Below, in pieces: positions 1 through 9,509 of a stretch of DNA of 64,000 bases. Position 1 is the stretch's first letter; each line of letters starts with the position of its first letter. The notes under the pieces are model-generated. The model worked only from the letters and a program-made list of their open reading frames with translations. It did no database searches and was not told the DNA's origin. The translations under genes were made by a program, and so were the position numbers. This stretch comes from Candidatus Binataceae bacterium (lineage in GTDB: Bacteria; Desulfobacterota; Binatia; Binatales; Binataceae): positions 1,165 to 65,164 of the forward strand of contig JBGPUE010000005.1 in assembly GCA_041491005.1 (NCBI GenBank). The letters are read 5' to 3'.

Positions 1-107
1 TAAAGCTAAATTAGATGGAAATCAACGACGATAGCTGATCTTTGCCATCGACGGTGACGCGCCCGGCGATGCGTTCGCGGCGGCGATCACGCGCGGCTGA
101 AAGTGAA

Positions 108-139
108 AGGGCCCCGGATGCATCGTGCATCCGGGGCCC
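108..139. terminator. Perfect 14-bp palindromic hairpin (GGGCCCCGGATGCA-tcg-TGCATCCGGGGCCC) with a T-rich flank; candidate intrinsic terminator just downstream of the minus-strand collagen-like gene
   Basis: Read directly: gggccccggatgcatcgtgcatccggggccc. On the minus strand it is followed by CCCTTTCACTTTCAG; on the plus strand by tgtgtttcgag. Confidence 0.4.
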
Positions 140-178
140 TGTGTTTCGAGTTGCCTCCCTCCTGCGGAGGCTAGTTGG

Positions 179-2295
179 TTACGGAGCTGACGGTGTGAAC
201 CTCAGCGACCAGCCCGCGACATGCGCGGTCCCGCCAGTATTCGCGGATTCCACCGACACCAAGTCGCCGTCGCTGAAAGTCAGCGAATCGATCGGGTCGG
301 TGCAGGTCGGGTCCGTCGTACCCGTTACAGTGCAGGTCAAGGTGCTGCTCGAACACGCGGTAGTCGCCGTGCCTTTGCAGACCGTGAACACGTACTGCTT
401 GGGGGCCGTTCCTGCAGTGCCGTTCATGAACACTCGGAAATGGTCTGCACTACCGGCGGGCATAGGGGCGCCCACTAATGCGGTTCCGGTCGTAACGGTT
501 GATTGATTCACGACTACACCGTTACCGGGGCCCATCCAGTCAATCTTTGTGCCCGCGCCGCTCGACAGCACCACGCCGTTCGAACCGCCGTGCAGGTACG
601 TCACACCCGCTCCCGCAGGACCCGTAGCGCCAGTGGCGCCCGTGGTGCCCGTCGTGCCGGGATTGCCTTGGAGACCCTGGATACCCTGCGCGCCCGCAGC
701 GCCCGTCGCGCCCGTCGTGCCAGTCGTACCGGTATCGCCCTTCAGACCCTGCGCTCCGGCGGCGCCCGTCGCGCCAGCGGCACCGACAGCACCGGTCGCA
801 CCCGTCGCGCCTGCGGCACCGACAGCACCGGTCGCACCGGCGTCGCCCTTGTCACCCTTCGCGCCTACCGCACCATCGGCGCCAGCAGGACCAGTCGCTC
901 CCGCCGCGCCCACGGCGCCAGTCGCGCCAGCATCACCCTTCGCACCGGCTGCTCCGGCAGGACCTTCAGCACCCGCCGCGCCTACTGCGCCAGTCGCGCC
1001 AGTATCACCCTTCGCACCGGCAGGACCTTCGGCACCCGCCGCGCCGGTATCGCCTTTAGCACCAGCTGCTCCGGCAGGACCTTCCGCACCGGCTGCGCCA
1101 GTGTCGCCCTTTGCACCGGCTGCTCCGGCAGGACCTTCCGCACCGGCTGCGCCAGTATCGCCCTTTGCACCGGCTGCTCCGGCAAGACCTTCCGCACCGG
1201 CTGCGCCAGTATCACCCTTCGCACCGGCGGGACCTTCGGCACCGGCCGCGCCAGTATCGCCTTTAGCACCAGCTGCTCCGGCAGGACCTTCGGCACCCGC
1301 CGCGCCAGTGTCGCCCTTTGCACCGGCTGCTCCGGCAGGACCTTCCGCACCGGCTGCGCCAGTATCACCTTTCGCACCGGCTGCTCCGGCAAGACCTTCC
1401 GCACCGGCTGCGCCAGTATCACCTTTCGCACCGGTTGCTCCGGCAGAACCTTCGGCTCCGGCAGGTCCGGCAGGGCCTTCAGCACCAGTCGCGCCTACAG
1501 CGCCACTCGCGCCGGTATCGCCTTTCGCACCGGTTGCTCCGGCAGGACCTTCGGTACCCGCCGCGCCACTATCGCCCTTCGCACCGGCTGCACCGGCAGG
1601 ACCTTCAGCTCCGGCAGGCCCGGCAGGGCCTTCGGCGCCAGTTGCGCCAGCCGCGCCGTTATCACCTTTCGAACCCGCAGGTCCGGCAGGACCCTCGGCT
1701 CCGGCGACTCCGGCAGGACCCGTCGCGCCAGCAGCGCCAGCTGCGCCGTTATCGCCCTTGGCACCGGCCGCGCCATCAGCGCCAGCAGGTCCGGCGGCAC
1801 CAGCCGGTCCAGTCAACCCAATCGGCCCGGTTGCGCCAGCGGATCCCTCAGGACCAGCGGCGCCCGTAGGCCCGGCAGATCCGGTGAGCCCGATTGGCCC
1901 TGTTGCACCGGCGGACCCAGTCGGCCCTGCGGTGCCCGCGTCACCCTTCGGTCCCGCAGTCCCGGCAGGTCCGGTAGATCCTGCTGGTCCCGTCGCGCCG
2001 GATGGCCCTTGGGCTCCCATCGGACCCGACGGTCCGCTCAGACCGAGCAGGCCCTGCAACCCTTGGGGTCCATTAGGCCCCATAGGTCCGCCAGGGCCCA
2101 TCGGACCCATGGGCCCGAGAATGTCCCAGCTCATCTTTGTTTCTGTGTTCTTACAGATCGTGGTCGCCGAAACGATGCGGTCGGCACCCGTCGTCTTGAC
2201 AACGCAAGCGTAGACGGTGTTCGAAGCAGCGGAAGCCGCCTTCGACGTTAACCCCATGCTTGCGGCGATCGCGAAGGCCAACAGCCATCGCATCG
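179..2295 (-). CDS. Secreted collagen-like triple-helix repeat protein: signal peptide, ~165 Gly-X-Y triplets, C-terminal ~200-aa non-collagenous globular domain
   Basis: The 179..2377 ORF translates to uninterrupted GxY repeats ([22 protein letters not shown]..., [19 protein letters not shown] units). An internal Met ([23 protein letters not shown]) gives a signal peptide, so the start is placed at 2295. The three long plus-strand ORFs over the same DNA are antisense artefacts of the GC-rich repeat. Confidence 0.75.
930..1490. repeat. Tandem ~54-nt (18-aa) repeat array inside the collagen-like gene
   Basis: About ten near-identical [18 protein letters not shown] units are visible at protein and nucleotide level (e.g. 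ggcaccggctgctccggcaggaccttccgcaccggctgcgccagt...). Confidence 0.6.
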
Positions 2296-2377
2296 AATTG
2301 CTCACAGTTGATCGCACTTTCGTATCCTCCCCGAGGCTCAAAGGCCCCAAATCTGTTCGCTGAGCGTGCTGTCTCAT

Positions 2378-2667
2378 AGCTAATCTAAGCTAAACTAAAT
2401 TAAGCTAGTATTCACAAGAGAAGGTTGAGTCAAGTTGATTAGAGATAGAAAAGAATAATAAAAGATGTCATTTCAAGATTACACCTGTTGAATCAGGTCG
2501 TAAGCTATCTCAACATCTAATGACACCAGTCAGGATGGATGAACGGTCGGTCTCTGCGGGATCCGCCGAAATGGTCGAAATAACTGAGGTTTTTCGCCTT
2601 ACGGCTGCGGCGGGCTTGAGGTGCGCAGCGCGATCTGATTCAAAGCAATCGCCTTCAGGGGCGGCGT
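2378..2667. promoter_or_regulatory. AT-rich divergent intergenic region between the collagen-like gene (-) and the MBOAT gene (+); it carries AGCTAA-type motifs also seen in the other AT-rich islands
   Basis: There is a sharp GC drop (tagctaatctaagctaaactaaattaagctagtattcac...aaagaataataaaag), and it sits upstream of both divergent genes. No specific promoter hexamers are confidently assigned. Confidence 0.3.
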
Positions 2668-4074
2668 TTGCTCTTCAACTCGTATCCCTTCGTCTTTGGC
2701 TTCCTGCCGATCCTGATAGCGGGTTACGCGATCCTCTCCGCGACCCGGATGCGCAAAGTGGTGCCGCTGTTGCTGGTCGCGGCATCGCTCGCCTTTTACG
2801 CGTGGTGGAACTGGCGCTATCTGTTGCTGTTCTTCTGCTCGATCGTCTTCAACTACGCATGGGGGTCGCTGATCCGCGGACCGTCACCGGAGCGCGACGA
2901 GCGGATGCAGCGGCGGATCGTCGGGATCGGCGTCGCCGTCAATCTCGCGATCCTGGGCTACTTCAAGTACCGCAACTTCTTCATCGAAGATGTCGGCGGC
3001 CTATTCGGGCTGGGTGTCACGATGGCGCCGCTGGTGCTGCCGCTGGCGATCTCGTTTTTCACCTTCGAGCAGATCACCTACCTGGTGGGCATCTATCGCG
3101 GCGAAGCGGGCGAGCGCGATTTTCTTACCTACGCGCTGTTCATCACGTTTTTCCCGCATCTGATCGCCGGTCCGATCGTGCGCTATCACGAGATCGCGCC
3201 GCAGCTTAACCGGCATAGCCGCTTTCAGCTTAATGCGGACAATCTGTCGCTGGGGCTGATGATCTTCGCCTTCGGGCTATTCAAGAAAGTGGTGCTGGCC
3301 GACACGGTGCGGTCGTGGGTAGGGCCGATCTACGACGGTAGCGGAGCAGTCTTGTTCGGCGACGCGTGGGGCGCGACGATCGCCTTCACGCTGCAGATCT
3401 ACTTCGATTTTTCCGGTTACTCGGACATGGCGATCGGGCTGGCGCGGATCTTCAACGTGCGCTTCCCGGAGAATTTCGACTCACCCTATCAGTCGGGCAG
3501 CATCATCGAGTTCTGGCGCCGCTGGCACATCACGCTCTCGTTCTTTCTGCGCGACTATCTCTACATCCCGCTGGGCGGCAACCGTCATGGCGAGCTGCGG
3601 CGCTATCTGAATATGTTCGCGACGATGTTGCTGGGAGGGCTGTGGCATGGCGCCAACTGGACGTTCGTGGTGTGGGGCGCTATCCACGGCGGATGTCTCG
3701 CGATCAACCATGTCTGGCGCCGGCTGAACATCCGCACGCCGGTACTCGCCGGCTGGCTGATAACCTTCATGACGGTCGTGATCGGATGGGTTTTCTTCCG
3801 GGCGCAAACCTTCCATCGCGCCGGCGAAATTCTCTCTGGGATGGCCGGCGTCAACGGCTTCTCGCCGATCAGCCCCACGCGGCTGTTCGGCGGATCGACG
3901 CGCGCGAAGCTGTTGATCGGGCTGGCGCTGGTGCTGATCTGCCCCAACCGGCAGACGATCCTGGCTTGGGAATGGAACAACGATTACATCTACGCGACGG
4001 TGTTCGCGATGCTGGCGGGCGTCAGCCTGCTGATGCTGGCCGATCCGCCGCCCTTCATCTACTTCCAGTTCTGA
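2668..4074 (+). CDS. MBOAT-family membrane-bound O-acyltransferase (AlgI/DltB/PatA-like)
   Basis: The N-terminus MLFNSYPFVFGFLPILIAGY is typical of AlgI/DltB. It is multi-TM and carries the conserved His motif region (RRWHITLSFFLRDYLYIPLGGNRHG). It has a TTG start. Confidence 0.85.
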   Translation: MLFNSYPFVFGFLPILIAGYAILSATRMRKVVPLLLVAASLAFYAWWNWRYLLLFFCSIVFNYAWGSLIRGPSPERDERMQRRIVGIGVAVNLAILGYFKYRNFFIEDVGGLFGLGVTMAPLVLPLAISFFTFEQITYLVGIYRGEAGERDFLTYALFITFFPHLIAGPIVRYHEIAPQLNRHSRFQLNADNLSLGLMIFAFGLFKKVVLADTVRSWVGPIYDGSGAVLFGDAWGATIAFTLQIYFDFSGYSDMAIGLARIFNVRFPENFDSPYQSGSIIEFWRRWHITLSFFLRDYLYIPLGGNRHGELRRYLNMFATMLLGGLWHGANWTFVVWGAIHGGCLAINHVWRRLNIRTPVLAGWLITFMTVVIGWVFFRAQTFHRAGEILSGMAGVNGFSPISPTRLFGGSTRAKLLIGLALVLICPNRQTILAWEWNNDYIYATVFAMLAGVSLLMLADPPPFIYFQF

Positions 4075-4087
4075 AGACTATTGTGCG

Positions 4088-5290
4088 ATGAGCCTGGCGC
4101 GCCGAGTCGCATTGATGTTCGCCGCCTTGCTGGCCTTCAACGCGATGGTCGCGAGCTTCAACTTCCTGGTGAATCCATACGGCGCATGGCGCGTGCGGCT
4201 GATCAGCGACCTCTACCGCAGCGTCCATCAGGAACGCGTCGAGACGCCGTACATGATCCGCATGGCAGCGCCCAGCACATTGCTGCTGGGCAGCTCGCGG
4301 ATGCTGGACGGGATACCGATCGAGCAGGGCTGCCGCGACGGGATCGAGAACGCGGGGCTGTCGGGAGCGACGCTGGAGGAAATCGGCAAGCTGGCGGCGA
4401 TCGGGCTTCGCAACCCGCGCTTGCGGCGAATCATCTGGAGCCTCGATTTCTACGCCTTCACGGAGGATTTCAGCCGCTGCGATCCGGCGACCTGCGCCCG
4501 CCTCGAAGGCGACTTCTGGGCGCTGGTATCCGACACGTTGCTTAGCGCGGAAACCTTCGATCGCAGTCGCCGGGAGCTGGGACGCGCGATCGCAGGACGG
4601 AGCCGGCTGCTGCCACAACAGATCGCTTCAGTGCCATGGCCGCCTGAAATGGTGAAACTTGGGTTCGAGAAGCGCGCGGAAAGAGGGCTGGCATCGGCAT
4701 CGTCCGCCGACGTCAAATACCAGCTCATGCATAACCTGCCGGACTACACGCGATTCCATTTGGACCACGGCCAGATGAAGCTCTTTCGCCACATCGTAGA
4801 CGACGTCCGGGCGCATGGCGTCGAACTCGTGATCTTCATCCCGCCGCTGAGCGAGTACGAACTCGAGCTGATCCGGCAGAGCGGAGGCTGGGCGGCTTTT
4901 CAGGATTGGAAGCGCGAGCTGGCATCGATCAGCCCGTACTGGGACTTCTCCGGCTACAATGAAGTGGCGCGCACGGACCGGATGTTCGAGCATCTGAAGC
5001 ACTTCAAGCCGGCAGTTGGATACACGATCCTGCGACGGCTGTCAGGTTTGGGCTGCGAGGGATGTGGTCCCGACGCGCGCGTCGTCGATGAGGCGGCGAT
5101 GCGTGTCGACGAATCGACCATCGAGGAGGCGTTGAAAGCGCAGCAGCAGATGATGGTCGCGGCTACGCGCGTGCCGTCGCGCTATTCCAGCCTGGTCGCC
5201 CAAGTGCTCGCGGAGCGTCGCGGCCCGGCAGGCCCGGCTTTGGCGCGCGATCAGCACCAAACGGTGAGGTTAACTACGAGCGGCCATTGA
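4088..5290 (+). CDS. Putative periplasmic partner of the MBOAT acyltransferase (DltD/AlgJ-like, N-terminal TM anchor)
   Basis: It lies immediately downstream of and co-oriented with the MBOAT gene. It has a single N-terminal hydrophobic segment (VALMFAALLAFNAMVASF) followed by a soluble domain. Family assignment is by gene context only. Confidence 0.4.
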   Translation: MSLARRVALMFAALLAFNAMVASFNFLVNPYGAWRVRLISDLYRSVHQERVETPYMIRMAAPSTLLLGSSRMLDGIPIEQGCRDGIENAGLSGATLEEIGKLAAIGLRNPRLRRIIWSLDFYAFTEDFSRCDPATCARLEGDFWALVSDTLLSAETFDRSRRELGRAIAGRSRLLPQQIASVPWPPEMVKLGFEKRAERGLASASSADVKYQLMHNLPDYTRFHLDHGQMKLFRHIVDDVRAHGVELVIFIPPLSEYELELIRQSGGWAAFQDWKRELASISPYWDFSGYNEVARTDRMFEHLKHFKPAVGYTILRRLSGLGCEGCGPDARVVDEAAMRVDESTIEEALKAQQQMMVAATRVPSRYSSLVAQVLAERRGPAGPALARDQHQTVRLTTSGH

Positions 5291-6460
5291 TGGATTGCGC
5301 GGCAGCAGAATTGCGGCGAACCCCGCGAGCCCTGCGCCCATCGAGAAGGCGACGACCGGCCCGGCATGCTGATAGACCACGCCGAAAATCACGCTCGCGG
5401 GCAAGGCGGCCATGCCGACAGCGGCATGGTATGCGCCCAATGCTCGTCCCCGCCATGATTCATCGACCAAGTCGACCACCAGCGCCGTCTCGGCGCCTTC
5501 AGTGAGCCCGAAGAATATTCCATAAGCGGCGAACAGCGCCCACATCTGCCACGGCGCGTTCGCCAGGGCAAAGCCCAGGTATGCGAGCGCGTAGATCGCC
5601 CATCCGGCGAGAATCGGCGCGCGCCGCCCCGCGCGATCGCTCAGCGCGCCACCCCACGTCGAGCTGGACGCCTTCACCACATGCAGGACGATCCAGAGCA
5701 ATGGCGCGTATACCGCCGCGATTCCGATCTCGTTCGCCCGCCACAGCAAAAACGTGTCCGAGGAGCATCCCAGCGTGAACACGAAGACCGAAAGCAGGTA
5801 GCGCCGGAAAATCGGGGACGGCGGTAGTCTGATCGACGGCGGGGGCCCGGCGTCGATCTTCACAGGCCCTGGCGCTCGCCGCACTGATACTGCGAGGATC
5901 AACACGGCGATCAATCCCGGCAGCGCCGTCCATGCGAACACCTCGCGCAGGCCGAGTCCGCCCGCGAGCATCAGATAGGCTGCCAACGGCCCCGCGATCG
6001 CGCCGGCATTGTCGAGTGCGCGATGAAAACCGTAAGCGCGGCCTCGAATTTCAGCTGGGGCCGACGCCGCCAGCAGCGCATCGCGGGGCGGGGTGCGCAA
6101 TCCCTTGCCGACTCGATCGATGAAACGGATCCCGAGCACTTGCGGCCACACACTCACCGCCGACAGCAGTGGCCGGATCAGGCTCGGAATCGCGTACCCG
6201 AACAGCGTCAACCCCTTGAGACGCCCGATCCGATCCGCCATATAGCCCGAGGCGAGCTGCGACAGGCTTGCAGTCGCATCCGCAACCCCCTCGATCGCGC
6301 CGAGCGCCTGCGGACCGCCGCCGAGCATCGCGACGAATCGCGGCAGCAGCGGAATCACCATGTCGCTGGAGGTGTCGTTGAAGAAGGAGACGATACCAAG
6401 CGCGACGACCGTCGCGGGAAGCTGCGGGCGTTTCGCCGCCGCCGCGGCGGATGACTTCAC
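5270..6460 (-). CDS. MFS transporter
   Basis: Hydropathy shows about 12 TM segments with the typical MFS loop motifs (GRLKGLTLFGYAIPSL, DRAGRRAPILAGWAIYAL). Confidence 0.6.
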   Translation of the reverse strand: MKSSAAAAAKRPQLPATVVALGIVSFFNDTSSDMVIPLLPRFVAMLGGGPQALGAIEGVADATASLSQLASGYMADRIGRLKGLTLFGYAIPSLIRPLLSAVSVWPQVLGIRFIDRVGKGLRTPPRDALLAASAPAEIRGRAYGFHRALDNAGAIAGPLAAYLMLAGGLGLREVFAWTALPGLIAVLILAVSVRRAPGPVKIDAGPPPSIRLPPSPIFRRYLLSVFVFTLGCSSDTFLLWRANEIGIAAVYAPLLWIVLHVVKASSSTWGGALSDRAGRRAPILAGWAIYALAYLGFALANAPWQMWALFAAYGIFFGLTEGAETALVVDLVDESWRGRALGAYHAAVGMAALPASVIFGVVYQHAGPVVAFSMGAGLAGFAAILLPRNPSMAARS

Positions 6461-6957
6461 TTGCCCAAGCGGCGTAATTGACGCGGCGTCAGCATCCAGC
6501 TCAGTGTCGCCCCGCCGCGCGGCGAGATCGACGAGAGCTCCAGCGCGATGCAGCCGCCCTTTTTAAGCGTGATGACGGGTGCGTCGGCCGAGCCCGTCAT
6601 CAGCAGCGCCGCTATGTGGCTCAGTCCGGGCTCGTGTCCCACGATCATTACCGAGGCATGGCGCGCATAGGGCGCCAGCGCAGCCACAGACTGGGCCGGC
6701 GAGACTCCGGTAGCGAGCGCCTCGAGCTCTTTCGGCTTTGGCCCGCCGGGAAAGGCCGCGGCGACGATCTCGGCCGTCTCGGCCGCCCGCACCAGCGGGC
6801 TGGTGAGCAGCGATTCGTACTCGACGCCGGCCGCACGTAGTCCGCGCGCAGCCTGGATCATCTTTTGCCGCCCCCCTTCGGTCAGCCGCCGCGCGCCGTC
6901 GTCGCCGTCAGATGCATCGTTCTCGGCCACCGCATGTCGGAGGATATAGAGGATCAT
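6457..6957 (-). CDS. sixA: Phosphohistidine phosphatase SixA-like (histidine phosphatase superfamily)
   Basis: The internal start MILYILRHAVAENDAS carries the RH(A/G) catalytic motif; SPLVRAAETAEIV and GHEPGLSHI match the SixA pattern. The 4-bp ATGA overlap with the upstream CHAD gene supports this start over the longer ORF. Confidence 0.7.
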   Translation of the reverse strand: MILYILRHAVAENDASDGDDGARRLTEGGRQKMIQAARGLRAAGVEYESLLTSPLVRAAETAEIVAAAFPGGPKPKELEALATGVSPAQSVAALAPYARHASVMIVGHEPGLSHIAALLMTGSADAPVITLKKGGCIALELSSISPRGGATLSWMLTPRQLRRLGK

Positions 6958-7928
6958 GAAGCGCTCGCCCTGATAAGCGTCAGCTTTCGCGCCGGCGCGC
7001 TTTGCCCGTGCCTGGTAATGTCGGCCAGCAGCTTGTGCTGAATCGATTTGCAGTCCAGAGCCTTCCACGCTGCTGGTAGGCGGCCGCGCATCTTGCGCAT
7101 CCGTTTTTCCAGGGAATGGATGAGCGCGCCTGCCGCGAGCAGGGTCGTAGCGGGTGTGTTCGAGGTCTCCGCAAAGGTGCGCAGCCACACCACGGTCATC
7201 ACCGCGTCCTGATGATTGCCGAGCACAAGCTGTAACTTGGTCAACCGGTCGAGCGCCCTGCCGACCGTCTTACCGCTGTAGCCCTGCAGGATTTCCAACG
7301 CATAGCGCAACCGTTTGGTGCGCACGCGCAATCTGTGGAGGGCCTGAGCCGGCGAGTCGCGATCGATTTTGCGGCCCGCCCGCAATACCGATCGGAGCAA
7401 CGGTGCGATCAGTTCGGGAGCGACCAGACCCAATGTGGACTCGCGCCCGGCGGCGCCGAAGGCGCCGTCCAACCGACTGACCAGCGCGCGCTGGCGGGGG
7501 GAGCCTGACAGCTCGGCAAGCGCCGCGAGCGCGGCGGCGCGCCGTTCACGAATCGCATGCTCGATCGGACGCAGCGCCGCCTTCATGTGCGGATCCAGCC
7601 GCGGCGCGCGATTGGCGATCACGCCCGCAATCACGTCGAGGTCGCGAACCGCGCCGATCGCCCGTCCCAGCCATGCGAGCTCATGGCGGAGGGCGTCATA
7701 AGCGGCCGGCGGCATCAGCGACGAGAACAGCCGCAGGGCGGCTCGCATCCGCCGCGTCGCCACGCGCATTTCGTGCAGCGGCTCGGTCTCGCCGCCAAAT
7801 GCGTTCTGCTGTTCGCGCCTCAAGGCCTGCAGATGAAAGCCAATCACGGCGCGGGCCGCTGCTGCGAGATTGTCGTTTGGCGGCAGCGCCAGCGTGCGAG
7901 GACGGACGACCCGAGCCAGCGCGCTCAC
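6954..7928 (-). CDS. CHAD-domain protein (polyphosphate-granule-associated conserved histidine alpha-helical domain)
   Basis: It carries the HEMRVATRRMRAALRLF signature and further helical repeats with HRLRVRTKRLRYALE, both typical of CHAD. It overlaps both neighbouring genes by 4 bp. Confidence 0.75.
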   Translation of the reverse strand: MSALARVVRPRTLALPPNDNLAAAARAVIGFHLQALRREQQNAFGGETEPLHEMRVATRRMRAALRLFSSLMPPAAYDALRHELAWLGRAIGAVRDLDVIAGVIANRAPRLDPHMKAALRPIEHAIRERRAAALAALAELSGSPRQRALVSRLDGAFGAAGRESTLGLVAPELIAPLLRSVLRAGRKIDRDSPAQALHRLRVRTKRLRYALEILQGYSGKTVGRALDRLTKLQLVLGNHQDAVMTVVWLRTFAETSNTPATTLLAAGALIHSLEKRMRKMRGRLPAAWKALDCKSIQHKLLADITRHGQSAPARKLTLIRASAS

Positions 7929-8692
7929 TGACTATCCTTGCGCTCGGCAGGCGGCGCTTGTTCGCCGGAATCGGCTCCGGACAGATGAGCGACGCCCCTG
8001 AGATACGACCTGATCCGGGAGCGCAGATCCTTCTGAATCCGCGCAATCGGGCGGCGCGCGTCGACGACGACGAAACCGAACTCGTCCGCCAGCTGGTCGT
8101 ACTGCTCGATTAGCCGATGTTGATAGTTGAGGAACGAATCGAAGATGTCGGTGCCGAGCGCCAGATGCATCCCTGATTCCCAGTAGTCCATGCCCTTGCC
8201 GCCCAGCACCAGCGGCAGGAGATGTTCGACGTCGGTTTGCAGGTACAGAACGAGATCGGGGATCAGCGCCATCCCGAACAGGTCGCGGCTCCATTGCGGA
8301 TCGGCGCCCGCCACGCGATTGCGCGCAAACGCCGTATACATGTAGCGGTCGGCGAGCACGATGAATCCCGCGCGCAGCGCCGGAATGATCTCGTGTTCGA
8401 GGCGATCGGCAAAGTCGGCGGCGTATAGCAGGCTGGAGGTAGTGACGGTCAGCTCGTGGCCGGACTTGGCTTCGCTGATCGTCTCGGACAGCAACGGTGA
8501 CCGCGTCCATCCGGTGCTCGTCACCGCATGTCCTTCGAGTTCAAGCCACGGGCGCAGCAGGTCGATCTGCGTCGAGCGGCCGACGCCGTCGGTACCCTCC
8601 AAGACTATCAGATGGCCGGGCAGCGGCTTGTGATTCTCGAGGTAGGGCAGGCCATGGCCGTACCAGCTCTTGCCGGGCTTATCGTTTGCCAT
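7925..8692 (-). CDS. Thymidylate-kinase-like P-loop nucleotide kinase, paralogue 1
   Basis: It has a Walker A LIVLEGTDGVGRSTQ, a DRY motif (LADRYMYTAFA) and a lid-like region, i.e. the Tmk fold. It also has a ~25-aa N-terminal extension (HKPLPGH) not typical of canonical Tmk. Confidence 0.6.
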   Translation of the reverse strand: MANDKPGKSWYGHGLPYLENHKPLPGHLIVLEGTDGVGRSTQIDLLRPWLELEGHAVTSTGWTRSPLLSETISEAKSGHELTVTTSSLLYAADFADRLEHEIIPALRAGFIVLADRYMYTAFARNRVAGADPQWSRDLFGMALIPDLVLYLQTDVEHLLPLVLGGKGMDYWESGMHLALGTDIFDSFLNYQHRLIEQYDQLADEFGFVVVDARRPIARIQKDLRSRIRSYLRGVAHLSGADSGEQAPPAERKDSQ

Positions 8693-9509
8693 TGAGGTTC
8701 AACCAGGGTCCCGTCCTTTCAGCATGTTCCAGCATTCCCAACGTCATGCTGCGTACGAGCTTCTGTTGGGAAGGAATCGAACCGGTCGCATCGACTACGC
8801 GCAGATCGAACTCCTTGGTGATTTCATCGTAGATTCGCAGCACCCGGCCCTGGAAGAGGCGGAAACTCTCCGCCGGATCTGCCGCCAGCCCGAGATCCAT
8901 CCCCGCTTCGTGATACTTGAGATCGGTGCGGCCTGCGAGCAGGCGCTCCAGAGAGACGTCAATCGGCACGCGGAAGTAAAGCGTCAGATCGGGCCGCGGC
9001 GCGAAGCTGTAGACCGCGCGCACCCAATCGGGATGAACTCCGCGGGCGACATCGCGGCCAAAGGCGGTGAACACATAGCGGTCGGCCAGCACGATCATCC
9101 CGCCCTTGAGCGGCGGCAGAATCTGATAGGCGAGCCGGTCGGCGAAATCGACTGCATGCAGCAGGCTGAAGGTGGTCGGCGTCAGCAGGTCCTTGCGCTT
9201 GCCGCGCTTCATCGAGCGGCGCACCAGCCGCGATGAATTCCACTCCGTGAGATGGACCGGATAGCCGCGCGAGCGCAGCCATCGCTCGAGCAGTAGCAGT
9301 TGCGTGGACTTTCCCGACCCGTCGATGCCCTCGACCGCGATCAGCCGGCCGGGATACGGATGCGGATGGGTCAGCTGGCTGCGGCGCGCCGCGGCCGATG
9401 GCTGGCGGCGCTCGCCTTCACCCGCCCCGCCGCTGTCACTGACGGGCGCAGGATGATCTTGCGATCCAGCAATCGTGACAGTAGATCCGTCCTTCGTTCC
9501 GCTGCCCAT
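8679..9509 (-). CDS. Thymidylate-kinase-like P-loop nucleotide kinase, paralogue 2 (start uncertain; the ORF overlaps the ppx 3' end)
   Basis: It has a Walker A LIAVEGIDGSGKSTQ and DRY (LADRYVFTAFG). Its N-terminal extension HPHPYPGR parallels paralogue 1. The true start is probably an internal alternative start near 9360-9400. Confidence 0.6.
   Translation of the reverse strand: MGSGTKDGSTVTIAGSQDHPAPVSDSGGAGEGERRQPSAAARRSQLTHPHPYPGRLIAVEGIDGSGKSTQLLLLERWLRSRGYPVHLTEWNSSRLVRRSMKRGKRKDLLTPTTFSLLHAVDFADRLAYQILPPLKGGMIVLADRYVFTAFGRDVARGVHPDWVRAVYSFAPRPDLTLYFRVPIDVSLERLLAGRTDLKYHEAGMDLGLAADPAESFRLFQGRVLRIYDEITKEFDLRVVDATGSIPSQQKLVRSMTLGMLEHAERTGPWLNLNGKR

Noticed and set aside
42-2251. Plus-strand ORFs 42..506, 503..2251, 549..2213 (and minus 982..1485, 1495..1800) overlapping the collagen-like gene
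   Set aside because: They are Pro/Ala/Arg-rich low-complexity translations of the antisense or alternative frames of a GC-rich tandem repeat. The minus-strand frame alone gives a coherent signal-peptide, Gly-X-Y and globular-domain architecture.
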